NCBI GenBank assembly: GCA_965228855.1
Contig: CBDDIJ010000002.1
Coordinates: 640,001 to 704,000, forward strand
DNA from: Candidatus Obscuribacterales bacterium
GTDB lineage: Bacteria; Cyanobacteriota; Vampirovibrionia; Obscuribacterales; Obscuribacteraceae
Length of the DNA: 64,000 bases
Direction: 5' to 3'
In this document: piece by piece, positions 51,487-60,202 of the stretch
Position numbering within the stretch: position 1 is the first letter of the stretch
Layout: each line of letters opens with the position of its first letter
The notes under the pieces: model-generated
What the model was told of the DNA's origin: nothing
What the model saw: only the letters and a program-made list of their open reading frames with translations
The model's database searches: none
Made by a program: the position numbers and the translations under genes

Positions 51487-53015
51487 GCTCTCACTCCAAT
51501 CTTTTCTTTAACAACTTTGGCGCAGTTATATCCAGCTATTCCTGTGACGTTGCCACCGCCAAAAGTGCCAGCGCCACATAAAAACAGGTTTTCGACAGGG
51601 CTTGCATACGGCTCACAGCCAGCCAAATTCCGTTTTTCAAAAACATATTCGCCGGTCAACGGCAAATGCCAACACATCGCAGTCGACGCGCCATATCGCG
51701 TTTTCAAATCTTCAGGCGTCACTATGAAAGTGTCCGCTATCATCTCTTCGATGTTAGGCGCAAACGGTTTTAGCGCCGCAATAACCGCAACACGAATAAG
51801 CTCCTTCGATGATTCGTTCCACGCCTCGCCGTTGTTCGTCACCGGCATCGTATGGATGTCGATGTTCATGTGATGCTGTCCTGCAGGGGCGACCGTATCA
51901 TCTGTGACGGTTGGGAACGCCATCGTCATCATGAGATGTTCGGGCATCTGACCATTCGAGACCCGCTTGAAGTCTGATATCACACCATCCACCGGAGGGG
52001 CGACGACAATGATGCCCGCGTAATTATGATTCAATGAATCCAGTGTCGGGAAAGTCGGCAAGCCCTTCAGGAGAAAATGAACTTTGCATGCCGACACCTG
52101 CGTCATCGGTGAATTGATTTGCCTGTTCAGCTCGTCGGATAGCTGTACACCAGGAACCAGGTTCTTCAACGTTGAATAAGGGTCGACGTTGGAAACCACA
52201 ACATCAAATTCCTCGACCGATCCATCTTCGAGCAAAACGCCCCTGGCGCGCCCATCGACAACGTTGATTGAGGAAACTCTTACGCCCGTTTTAATATTGA
52301 CGCCGCTCGCCTGAGCACTGCTCGCGATCGATTCGCTGACCTTGCCCATACCGCCGCGAACCTGTCCCCAGGCGCCTTCGATGCCACAGGTCTCCGCGGT
52401 GCCGTGATGCATGCAACCAAAGACGCTGCCTTTGTTAGATGCAAAACCTGGTGTGCAGGTTGCGGCAGCTGCCTTGAGATCGGGATTTTTGCAGTAGTGA
52501 TCGAAGACGTCGAACAAACTGCCGTCGAAAAGATTGTCGGCGAGTACCTTGAGGTCGTTTTCACGCAATAGTTCAACTAATTGCTGACGGGTGGTTTTCG
52601 GCTTGTAATAGTAAGGACCGATCAGCGCAGCACCTTTTCCCATGTCGGTCCAAAACTGTATCCATCCCTTGCGGTCATCTTCGGTAAGCTCACCGGCAGC
52701 GATCTTCGATTCGGATCCATCGCGCGGAGTAAACACATAACCATTGTTTGGAAGCAAAACAATCTCAGCCGGATCGGTCAGGTACGGTTTAAGACCGTGA
52801 GCATCAAGCTTGAGGTCCTCGATTATCTGTCGACGAAACATACCGTAGTAACTGGCGACAGTCGAAATCTGATGCCCGGGAAAAATTTCCTCGGTTATGC
52901 ACAGCCCGCCGACGCGCTCACGCGCTTCGAAGACCGTGACATCGAATCCGTCCCTGGCAAGATATCCGGATAATACCAGACCATTGTGACCACCACCGAC
53001 GATACCGACTTTCAT
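51483..53015 (-). CDS. FAD-dependent oxidoreductase, phytoene dehydrogenase/PYROXD2-like
   Basis: VGGGHNGL..FEARERVGG, RGGMG, LFLCGAGTFGGGNVTGIAGYNCA. Confidence 0.9.
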   Translation of the reverse strand: MKVGIVGGGHNGLVLSGYLARDGFDVTVFEARERVGGLCITEEIFPGHQISTVASYYGMFRRQIIEDLKLDAHGLKPYLTDPAEIVLLPNNGYVFTPRDGSESKIAAGELTEDDRKGWIQFWTDMGKGAALIGPYYYKPKTTRQQLVELLRENDLKVLADNLFDGSLFDVFDHYCKNPDLKAAAATCTPGFASNKGSVFGCMHHGTAETCGIEGAWGQVRGGMGKVSESIASSAQASGVNIKTGVRVSSINVVDGRARGVLLEDGSVEEFDVVVSNVDPYSTLKNLVPGVQLSDELNRQINSPMTQVSACKVHFLLKGLPTFPTLDSLNHNYAGIIVVAPPVDGVISDFKRVSNGQMPEHLMMTMAFPTVTDDTVAPAGQHHMNIDIHTMPVTNNGEAWNESSKELIRVAVIAALKPFAPNIEEMIADTFIVTPEDLKTRYGASTAMCWHLPLTGEYVFEKRNLAGCEPYASPVENLFLCGAGTFGGGNVTGIAGYNCAKVVKEKIGVRA

Positions 53016-53047
53016 TTTTTACTTCCTAACGGACCTTTCAGTCCCCA

Positions 53048-54328
53048 CTAACAGACACTGTCTTCGAGCACTTCGATAAATGCGTCAATTTCCTCTTTGG
53101 TGTTATACACCTGCAAGGAAACTCTTACATACTGGTCTTCTTCGCTTGCCTTGCTGACGCAGTGGTCGCCCGTGCGAACAAGAATGTTCTCACTGTCGAG
53201 CATGAAGCCGAGATCGGAAACCGACACTTCCTGGATGCGAAAAGCAAGAATGCCATATCCGCCAGGACAGCCGCAGCGTCCGGGACCGGGACCAAAATCA
53301 ACACCCGGGATTTCTTTAACCTTTTCGTAGAGATAACGCGTCAAATTTGAAAGACGCGCTGCGATGTTTTCGACCCCAATGTTTGAAACAAACTCAACGG
53401 CTGGAACGAGAGATAGTATCGATGGGATGTTCGGGGTGCCGGACTCGAGGAGATCTTGAAGCGTCGGCGCACTGAATTCGGTTTCACTTTCAGCGGAGAG
53501 CGTCGCGCCCATGCCACCTACGCGAACGGGGGTGAGCTCAGGCTGATACTTCTCGCTTACCCAGAGAACGCCCACACCGTTTCCAGCAAACATTTTGTGA
53601 CCAGAGAAGGAAACAAAATCGACGTCCAGTTCCTTCACATCTACTGGAATATGACTCACACTTTGGCTTGCATCGAGCGAGATGAGCACATCAGGTCCGA
53701 CGATTTCGCGAATGTCGGATACTTCCATGTCCATGCCGTAAACATGGTGAATATGAGACATGGCTATCAATCTGGTTTTCGAACTCACGCCTTCACGGAT
53801 GGTTCTCAAATCATAATCCCCGACGTCGTGAATCTCGAAGGGAACGATTTTGATGTTCTTACCAAACCCAGCCAGTATGCGCTTTACGTTAAACCAGGGC
53901 AGCACCGCAGACTTGTGGTCCTGCATGCAAAGCATGATTTCATCGCCGTCGTTTAAATTCGCAAGCCCCCAGGATAGAGCGACGGTGTTTAAACTGTCGG
54001 TCGCACCGCTTGTGAAAACGACGTCCTCGGGACGCGCGTTGATCAACCGCGCGACAGTGGCGCGGCTGTTTTGAATAGCTTGAAGAGTCTGGGAGGAGAG
54101 CCTGTAAGATGCGCGACCGGCATTGCTGCATGATTTCGAATAATATTCGTTGATTACTCGAATTACCTCGGACGGTTTTTGTGTCGTTGAGGCGTTATCG
54201 AAAAAACACACTCCCGGGCGTTCCTTCAGGATCGGGAACTGAGCACGGACGGCGGAGACATCGACGGTATCCTCGGCGATCGGTTTGATTTCGCAGGCGG
54301 TGCCTGCTGTCGCTAGAGTTGATGCCAT
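53048..54328 (-). CDS. Cysteine desulfurase-like (SufS group) PLP enzyme
   Basis: DNASTTQKP, FTSGATDSLN, SFSGHKM, ESGTPNI, VRTGDHC. Confidence 0.9.
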   Translation of the reverse strand: MASTLATAGTACEIKPIAEDTVDVSAVRAQFPILKERPGVCFFDNASTTQKPSEVIRVINEYYSKSCSNAGRASYRLSSQTLQAIQNSRATVARLINARPEDVVFTSGATDSLNTVALSWGLANLNDGDEIMLCMQDHKSAVLPWFNVKRILAGFGKNIKIVPFEIHDVGDYDLRTIREGVSSKTRLIAMSHIHHVYGMDMEVSDIREIVGPDVLISLDASQSVSHIPVDVKELDVDFVSFSGHKMFAGNGVGVLWVSEKYQPELTPVRVGGMGATLSAESETEFSAPTLQDLLESGTPNIPSILSLVPAVEFVSNIGVENIAARLSNLTRYLYEKVKEIPGVDFGPGPGRCGCPGGYGILAFRIQEVSVSDLGFMLDSENILVRTGDHCVSKASEEDQYVRVSLQVYNTKEEIDAFIEVLEDSVC

Positions 54329-54429
54329 ACGATAAGTCTCCTACACTCCGGGTTCACTCAGTTGAGTAACTCAGTTTCCTGAAAAACGTTGCGAGCAGCG
54401 CGCTGCCGCCCGCAACGTCTGTTTAGAAC

Positions 54430-55782
54430 TTAGCTGACAGCGCCGGCCAGTTCGCGGTTTTTCTTTTTGATCGATTTCTCGGTCGGCATCGACGCATCAC
54501 GCCAGCCGACGAAGCCACCACTCAAGCTCGCACATTCGACGCCTTTGTCGGCATAGAAAGCGGCAAAGCGCTTGGACTGATCGCCTTGAGGGCAGACGAA
54601 GAGAACCTTCTGACCGTTTGAGAACGGAACTCCGGCGTCGGTGATCTCATCGAGTGCATCCGTGGGGATGTTGATGGAACCAGGGATTCTCGAGGCTTTG
54701 AACGCAAGGGCTCCACGCATATCAACAATGATGAGCGGCTCTTTCGAGTCGATCCACTTTTGCGCTTCTTGCGGAGTTACTTGCGGAGCAGCTTCTTGCT
54801 TTTCCGCCGAAACCTTTCTGATCGAATCTTCTTTCTCAGCCAGCGCAAACAAGGACGGACGCGCTTTCTGCAAGTACGAGAGGTACCATTCGACACGGTC
54901 GCATACGATGAACGCGGCTTTCTTGCGCTCGGTCAATGTCCCATCGATCTTCTTGAGATACTTGAGCGCTGCCGCCAAGCTCCCACCACCTGTGGGACCA
55001 GCAAGGATGCCGCATTTGCGAATCATCGTGAGCATGGCGTCTAGTGATTCGTCAGTGTCAACTACTACGATCTCGTCGTAGAAATCTTTGCGGAACAAAC
55101 CGACTTCATACATCTCGTCCTGGTTACGAATACCGGGGAGGAGGTGTCCTTTTGCTGCGATAACACCGACGTTCTTCATGTTCGGATTCTTCTCTTTCAA
55201 GAAGGTACCGGCACCGCGGGTAGAACCAGTCGTTCCCAGACCGCCGATGAAGTAGTCGATGGAACCTGCATCGTTATAGATTTCCGTCCCAGTCGTACCG
55301 TAGTGAGCGGTGATGTTTTTCTCGTTCGTATACTGTGAGGTGTGGAAATATTTGCCCGGCTCTTTTGCCATTTGTTGTTCGATAAATGTAATCGGATCGT
55401 TGGGGTCAGTCGGGTCCGGACATTCGCTCAAACCCGGCAGTTCATCGAGTTGCGCGCCGAGCAATTGCAGAATCTGTTTTACTTCTCTGACCTTGATTCT
55501 GTTCGTAACGATCTTGAATTCGACGTTATTGATCGAGCAAATCAATTGCATAGCCTTCGCCATGTTGCCGCTCGAGGATTCAATTACAGTCTTGCCTTCG
55601 CGCGCGATTTGTTCAATATCGTCTTTCAAAACATTCCAGCCGCTCTTGTCTTTGACAGAGCCGAATGGGTTCAGCAACTCGAGTTTGGCATACAAATCGA
55701 TGTTCTTCAGTCCGTGGATTTCAGGGCTGATTTCGAAAAGCGGTGTTTCGCCAATTAGCTCGGTAACATGTTTGACTAACAT
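54430..55782 (-). CDS. Cysteine synthase-family PLP enzyme fused to a rhodanese domain
   Basis: AKLELLNPFGSVKD, ESSSGN, GLGTTGS; C-terminal RIPGSINIP..FVCPQG..LSGGFVGW. Confidence 0.9.
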   Translation of the reverse strand: MLVKHVTELIGETPLFEISPEIHGLKNIDLYAKLELLNPFGSVKDKSGWNVLKDDIEQIAREGKTVIESSSGNMAKAMQLICSINNVEFKIVTNRIKVREVKQILQLLGAQLDELPGLSECPDPTDPNDPITFIEQQMAKEPGKYFHTSQYTNEKNITAHYGTTGTEIYNDAGSIDYFIGGLGTTGSTRGAGTFLKEKNPNMKNVGVIAAKGHLLPGIRNQDEMYEVGLFRKDFYDEIVVVDTDESLDAMLTMIRKCGILAGPTGGGSLAAALKYLKKIDGTLTERKKAAFIVCDRVEWYLSYLQKARPSLFALAEKEDSIRKVSAEKQEAAPQVTPQEAQKWIDSKEPLIIVDMRGALAFKASRIPGSINIPTDALDEITDAGVPFSNGQKVLFVCPQGDQSKRFAAFYADKGVECASLSGGFVGWRDASMPTEKSIKKKNRELAGAVS

Positions 55783-55846
55783 TTTGGTATCTCCGGGGTC
55801 GTTCTTGGTGTGGGGTTTACGGTGAGTGGGAAAACTTTTCGGGGGG

Positions 55847-57361
55847 CTAGATGATCGAATACTGCTCGTCGAGCATCCATTCGAATTTACCGTTTCGCTG
55901 ACGTACCGCGACTTTACGCGCGATGGGTTCCATCATTGAATTGGTGGCACTGAAGTCCATGAAGTAACCGGATGTGTTTGGGAACACGACCAGGTCGCCC
56001 GGTTCAGGCAATTGGGTCAAGAATGTTTTATGGCGATAAACCAAGTCGCTCTCCAGGCAAAGGTTACCCGCGAAGAAAACGCCGTGTTTACCGGGCTTTT
56101 CGCAAGGCGTCTGATTGAGAACGATTGGATCGACGAAAATTTCCTGATCGAGGAAAGTCACGTCCTGACGCTTCATGTTCAAGTTTACGAGCTGATCGCC
56201 TGTGCTTGACGGTCTCAGATTGTTGACCGAAGCGACGGTGATTCCGGTTTGAGTGACGAGCGAACGGCCCGGCTCAATCCAGAGTTCGATCATGTTGTCG
56301 CGGAGAAGCGCTCCAGCTGTTTTATCCGAGAGGTTGGGGAATTGGTGCGAGAGAATTTCGTCGAGGAAGTCCGGTCCGGATTTGTCGTCGTAATAGTTGT
56401 AGCTGTTGAAGTTGCCGCGCAGCTTGCCCTTTTCGGCGTACATGCCAAAGGCGTTACCTTGCCAGGTCATCGAAGGACCGGTGCCGAGGACGGCTTCTTT
56501 CAAAGCGCTCGTATACTCATTCCACTCTTGTTCGCTTTCGAGATAGTTGACTTTGAAGCCGCCGCCAATGCAGAGCACGCGAGGCTCGAATCCGCGTCCG
56601 AGAGCATCTTCGTAGAGCTCGATGCAGTTCTCAATCGCGACTGCACGTTCCGTAATGCTGACTGTATCGAGGTGGAAGGAGAAGCCCATGAAGTCGAGCG
56701 CGTCTTCGTTTTCTTCGATAATATCGAATGCTTCTTCCAGCTCGTTGATGGTGATGCCGAACCGGCTGCCTTTGTTTAAAAACCGCGAGTGATCGGCGTG
56801 GAAACCGGACAGGCGAATGAGTACTTTCGTTGGTTTTTGTAGTTTGAGAAACTGTCTGAGTTCGAGAACCTGATTCAGTTCCCAAATGCTGTCAATGCTG
56901 ATCGTGATTCCTTGCTGAAGCGCCAGTGCGAGAAATTCGCGATTCTTTGGACCGGTAGCTTCGATGCGATCGCCGGTGAAACCGGAGGATAAGCCGTGGC
57001 GCAATTCGTTGAGAGAGGAAACGTCGAGGCAGGCGTTCTCATGCGCGAGCTGGCGAACCAGGCTGTCGGACGAATTGGTTTTATGAGCGAAGAAAACCTT
57101 GCCGCGCAAACCGTGCTTTTTGAAAAGGGCATTGAACGATTCGACGTTGTCGTGAACCAGCTCGGGGAACATGACGTTAAGCGGACTTCCAAGAGCCTTC
57201 ACAAGCTCCTGGAGCTTCGTTTGATCGGCGAGGAAGTCTTTGATGACCGGATGAATTTTCGGGGTCAATGTGAGGGCTGCATAGCTGGCGATCGGTGGCG
57301 CGTTCGCCGCGGTGGCTTCCTGGTTTGCGTTTTCGGTTTCTGTTTTCAACGTCGCTACCAT
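55847..57361 (-). CDS. Fold-III PLP decarboxylase, Y4yA/diaminopimelate decarboxylase-like
   Basis: FFAHKTN, GFSFHLD, IGGGF, IEPGRSL, AGNLCLESD, NTSGYFMD. Confidence 0.88.
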   Translation of the reverse strand: MVATLKTETENANQEATAANAPPIASYAALTLTPKIHPVIKDFLADQTKLQELVKALGSPLNVMFPELVHDNVESFNALFKKHGLRGKVFFAHKTNSSDSLVRQLAHENACLDVSSLNELRHGLSSGFTGDRIEATGPKNREFLALALQQGITISIDSIWELNQVLELRQFLKLQKPTKVLIRLSGFHADHSRFLNKGSRFGITINELEEAFDIIEENEDALDFMGFSFHLDTVSITERAVAIENCIELYEDALGRGFEPRVLCIGGGFKVNYLESEQEWNEYTSALKEAVLGTGPSMTWQGNAFGMYAEKGKLRGNFNSYNYYDDKSGPDFLDEILSHQFPNLSDKTAGALLRDNMIELWIEPGRSLVTQTGITVASVNNLRPSSTGDQLVNLNMKRQDVTFLDQEIFVDPIVLNQTPCEKPGKHGVFFAGNLCLESDLVYRHKTFLTQLPEPGDLVVFPNTSGYFMDFSATNSMMEPIARKVAVRQRNGKFEWMLDEQYSII

Positions 57362-57476
57362 GTTCGGTTCGTCCCTTTTGCGTGACTTGGAGGCTTGATG
57401 CGCGGTCGGCTTTCGACAGACTGTCTCACCTCTGGAGGTATCGGATGTATATCCAACCGGAAAGGTAACACGGAAA

Positions 57477-57491
57477 TGATTACTATTCGCA
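57477..57491. promoter_or_regulatory. Fur/Zur-like box upstream of the PLP operon
   Basis: TGATTACTATTCGCA. Confidence 0.55.
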
Positions 57492-57575
57492 AGAAGGAAA
57501 CAGTCTATTTCATAAACATTGTCACATCATTGCCGGAAGCTCTTGAAGCCCACACACACAGGCTTCTTTGGGATA

Positions 57576-57947
57576 TCAAGCGGAGGTTAATTGTTTCACA
57601 ACCTTGTTACAGCTGTCCTGTTCAAGGTGCGAATAATCTCCCCGCTCAAGTTTCCCGGTGACCCAGTCAATGGCGATGTGCAGACCGGTGAGGATGGCCT
57701 TGATCCGCTCAACCGTGTGTTCGTTGTGGCAGCGCTCCGCCTGCATTCGAGCCACCAGGAGCTTGATTATCAGGTTATTGACGGCGCGAATGCGGCAGTC
57801 GTACACGCCGAAACCGAGCGAGATAATCACGTGCCTGGCGTCCTGCGCCGAGTTGTTGATTGTTTTCAAGCGATTGATGGTCGGCTCGGGAAAGCCATCA
57901 AGCCAGCGGAAAAATCGATCGGCGACAAATGCTCTATCTGGAACCAT
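57576..57947 (-). CDS. Hypothetical protein
   Basis: Same strand as neighbours; Fur-like box TGCAAGTGATTCTCA at 57994 upstream. Confidence 0.5.
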   Translation of the reverse strand: MVPDRAFVADRFFRWLDGFPEPTINRLKTINNSAQDARHVIISLGFGVYDCRIRAVNNLIIKLLVARMQAERCHNEHTVERIKAILTGLHIAIDWVTGKLERGDYSHLEQDSCNKVVKQLTSA

Positions 57948-58065
57948 AACAATGCAGCAGCTACGCCCACAGGCGGCGCCACCAATTCCTTTTTGCAAGT
58001 GATTCTCAACAAATCTATCCTACTAAATGAAACCGACTTGCGCAAGCCAGGTTTCTCCATCATCC

Positions 58066-58435
58066 CTACTATAAAAGACAGGACGAGCGAAGACGCAAAA
58101 CCATTACCAGCCATGGCTTTGCACAATCTACAGAATTTCCACACAGCCATTTGGCTACGAGAGAGCGACGGATTTCGCGAATTCCGTCATTGCAGGATAG
58201 ACAAGATTCTCTACTATAGAAGACAGGATAAGCAAAAGGCGCGAAACCATTTACAGCCATGGCTTTGCACAATCTACAGAATTTCCACACAGCCATTTGG
58301 CTACGAGAGAGCGACGGATTTCGCGAATTCCGTCATTGCAGGATAGCCAAACAGACGTTCGCCCGAGCAGGTGCTCCTACAATCCCTTACGGCACAAAGG
58401 TTTAGCGCCTCACTACATACGCTTATATATAGTAG
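58066..58435. repeat. Dispersed element locus H (complete, left arm plus core duplicated at about 146 bp)
   Basis: CTACTATA at 58066 and 58211; GACGG-N12-CCGTC at 58167 and 58313; TATAGTAG at 58428. Confidence 0.9.
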
Positions 58436-58451
58436 GACGGTTTGCGGGAGT

Positions 58452-59057
58452 TTAGATTTCTTCTTCGAGGGCGTCGAGGGCGCGTTCACATTCGTCGACT
58501 GACTGTTGAAGGAGTTTCCGGGCGCGCTCGATGCTGGCGGCCACACTGCGGTCTTTGTCGCTCATGAGCGAACGAACGCCGGCGTCGACCACCCGTTTCC
58601 CTTCATCCAACAAGGTTGAGACGTTATCCAGCGACTGCAGAACTTGCGAAACCGTGTTCGAGTCAAGGTTCGCCTTACAATCCTTGCAAAAACCGAAGAT
58701 GTCGAAGCGGCTCTCTTGATAGATGTAGCCTTTTCGCTCTGCAACTGTTTGACCGAAACCGCTGAGCAGATCATCGTGAAACTCAATGGTCAAGCCGCAT
58801 TTAGTACAAATCAAATGGTCGTGGTGCTCTTCGCCACTCACGGCTTCCCAGAGCTGGCCTCGCGCGCTCATAATGCTGCGAATTTCGCCCTGCTCGGAAA
58901 GCCGCTCGAGAGCTCGATAAATGGTTGATAAACTGACCTCGCCGCCCTGACCAATTATCCGGTCACGCAGTTCTTGCGCGCTAATATGCTGCCCCTGTGG
59001 CAGAGAAGCGAAGATGTCGAGCAATAGCTCTTTGGGTCGGGTTCTGCTTTTAACCAT
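58452..59057 (-). CDS. Fur family regulator with C-terminal helical extension
   Basis: HISAQEL, SLSTIYRAL, HHDHLICTKC, GFCKDC, then about 65 extra aa. Confidence 0.92.
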   Translation of the reverse strand: MVKSRTRPKELLLDIFASLPQGQHISAQELRDRIIGQGGEVSLSTIYRALERLSEQGEIRSIMSARGQLWEAVSGEEHHDHLICTKCGLTIEFHDDLLSGFGQTVAERKGYIYQESRFDIFGFCKDCKANLDSNTVSQVLQSLDNVSTLLDEGKRVVDAGVRSLMSDKDRSVAASIERARKLLQQSVDECERALDALEEEI

Positions 59058-59148
59058 TTGTTGAGAACAGCGAAAGCGTCGCGGCAGACAAATCACCACG
59101 TCGTTCTATATATGTTATCTCAACAAATCCCGATCTGTTGCGTTTTTA

Positions 59149-60015
59149 CTAGTGCGCGATAACGGGATAAACATCCTGAGCTCTCGTCCGCCAGTATTCA
59201 AGGCGCTCTTCGTAGAAACTGACGTCGCCATAAAGCTCGTACAGCAGCTGGTACGTGGTGTCATCGCCGAGGTCGTAATAGCAGAACTGTCGAAGAACCA
59301 GATCTTCCGCCTGTTCCTGACGACGCCCCCTCAGGAGCTGACGCCCCTCATCGAGAATTCGGGCGCGAATCGATTGAGTCAGCACCGGAAGCTTTTTGAC
59401 GCTATTAGGTGGAAGACTTTCTTCATCTATCAGATCTTGAAGGTTTTCATTCAGATAACAGTCCAACATCAGATGAATTCGAGGTTCGGGACCGAAGTTA
59501 CAAGCGCTGTGAATCGCGGAATTCGGATTCAACTTCCAGAGATAACCGCGGTTCAAGTGAATAGCGGCACCCGGCATGACGATATGCGCGTTCGGATTGG
59601 TGACAATCGGCACGTGAAGACGAAACCGCGGAACCTGTTCGAGATAAACATAATCACGGTGCTCGTGCAAATAGCACCCAGGCTGCAACTTCAACAGGCG
59701 CGAAGCCATTATATTGAAGCCAAATCCCTCGAGAAGCTGTTTGAGAACCGGTAGGCGTTTGAGCAGTGCTGTCTGTTTCGGCTCTCTGCAATCCTTCCAG
59801 GAGAAGTTATTCTCCTCGCCGTCCGGGCTCATCAGCACCGCCACCTGCAGACCTGGAGACGCATATTCGGCGTAAGGTTCGTGCCACTCGATGTCCGGAC
59901 ACATAACTTCGCGCTCAATAGCGTCGAGGACGAATCCATCAACCGACGCCAGACGCGACACGAACGTCAGATACTCGTCCAGTGAAGCGGTACTCTTCGC
60001 CAATGCGCCTTGCAT
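59149..60015 (-). CDS. Aspartyl/asparaginyl beta-hydroxylase-domain Fe(II)/2OG oxygenase
   Basis: LHEHRD, RLHVPIVTNP, HSACNFGPEPRIHLMLD. Confidence 0.88.
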   Translation of the reverse strand: MQGALAKSTASLDEYLTFVSRLASVDGFVLDAIEREVMCPDIEWHEPYAEYASPGLQVAVLMSPDGEENNFSWKDCREPKQTALLKRLPVLKQLLEGFGFNIMASRLLKLQPGCYLHEHRDYVYLEQVPRFRLHVPIVTNPNAHIVMPGAAIHLNRGYLWKLNPNSAIHSACNFGPEPRIHLMLDCYLNENLQDLIDEESLPPNSVKKLPVLTQSIRARILDEGRQLLRGRRQEQAEDLVLRQFCYYDLGDDTTYQLLYELYGDVSFYEERLEYWRTRAQDVYPVIAH

Positions 60016-60081
60016 GACAGGACCTCTAAATCGGGAACTACTTTTCGATTATGGATCGATGTGCGTCGGTTTCAAATTATA

Positions 60082-60096
60082 TGCAAATCATTCTCA
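60082..60096. promoter_or_regulatory. Fur/Zur-like 7-1-7 box
   Basis: TGCAAATCATTCTCA, identical to the box at 45063. Confidence 0.6.
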
Positions 60097-60202
60097 ACAA
60101 TTCTTACAGCTCAGAGCGACAGATTTTCGCAACCAGGTATGTCCAATTTCCAAGAGGTGTGGATATACACAGCCAACACCCAAACGTTACTAAAGGCAAC
60201 CG

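Noticed and set aside
51483..53015. Carotenoid pathway crtI
   Set aside because: No crtB/crtE nearby; the context is amino-acid and sulfur chemistry.
57591..58346. 251-aa plus-strand ORF
   Set aside because: It crosses the Fur-like box and the duplicated repeat element; the minus-strand ORF fits the context better.
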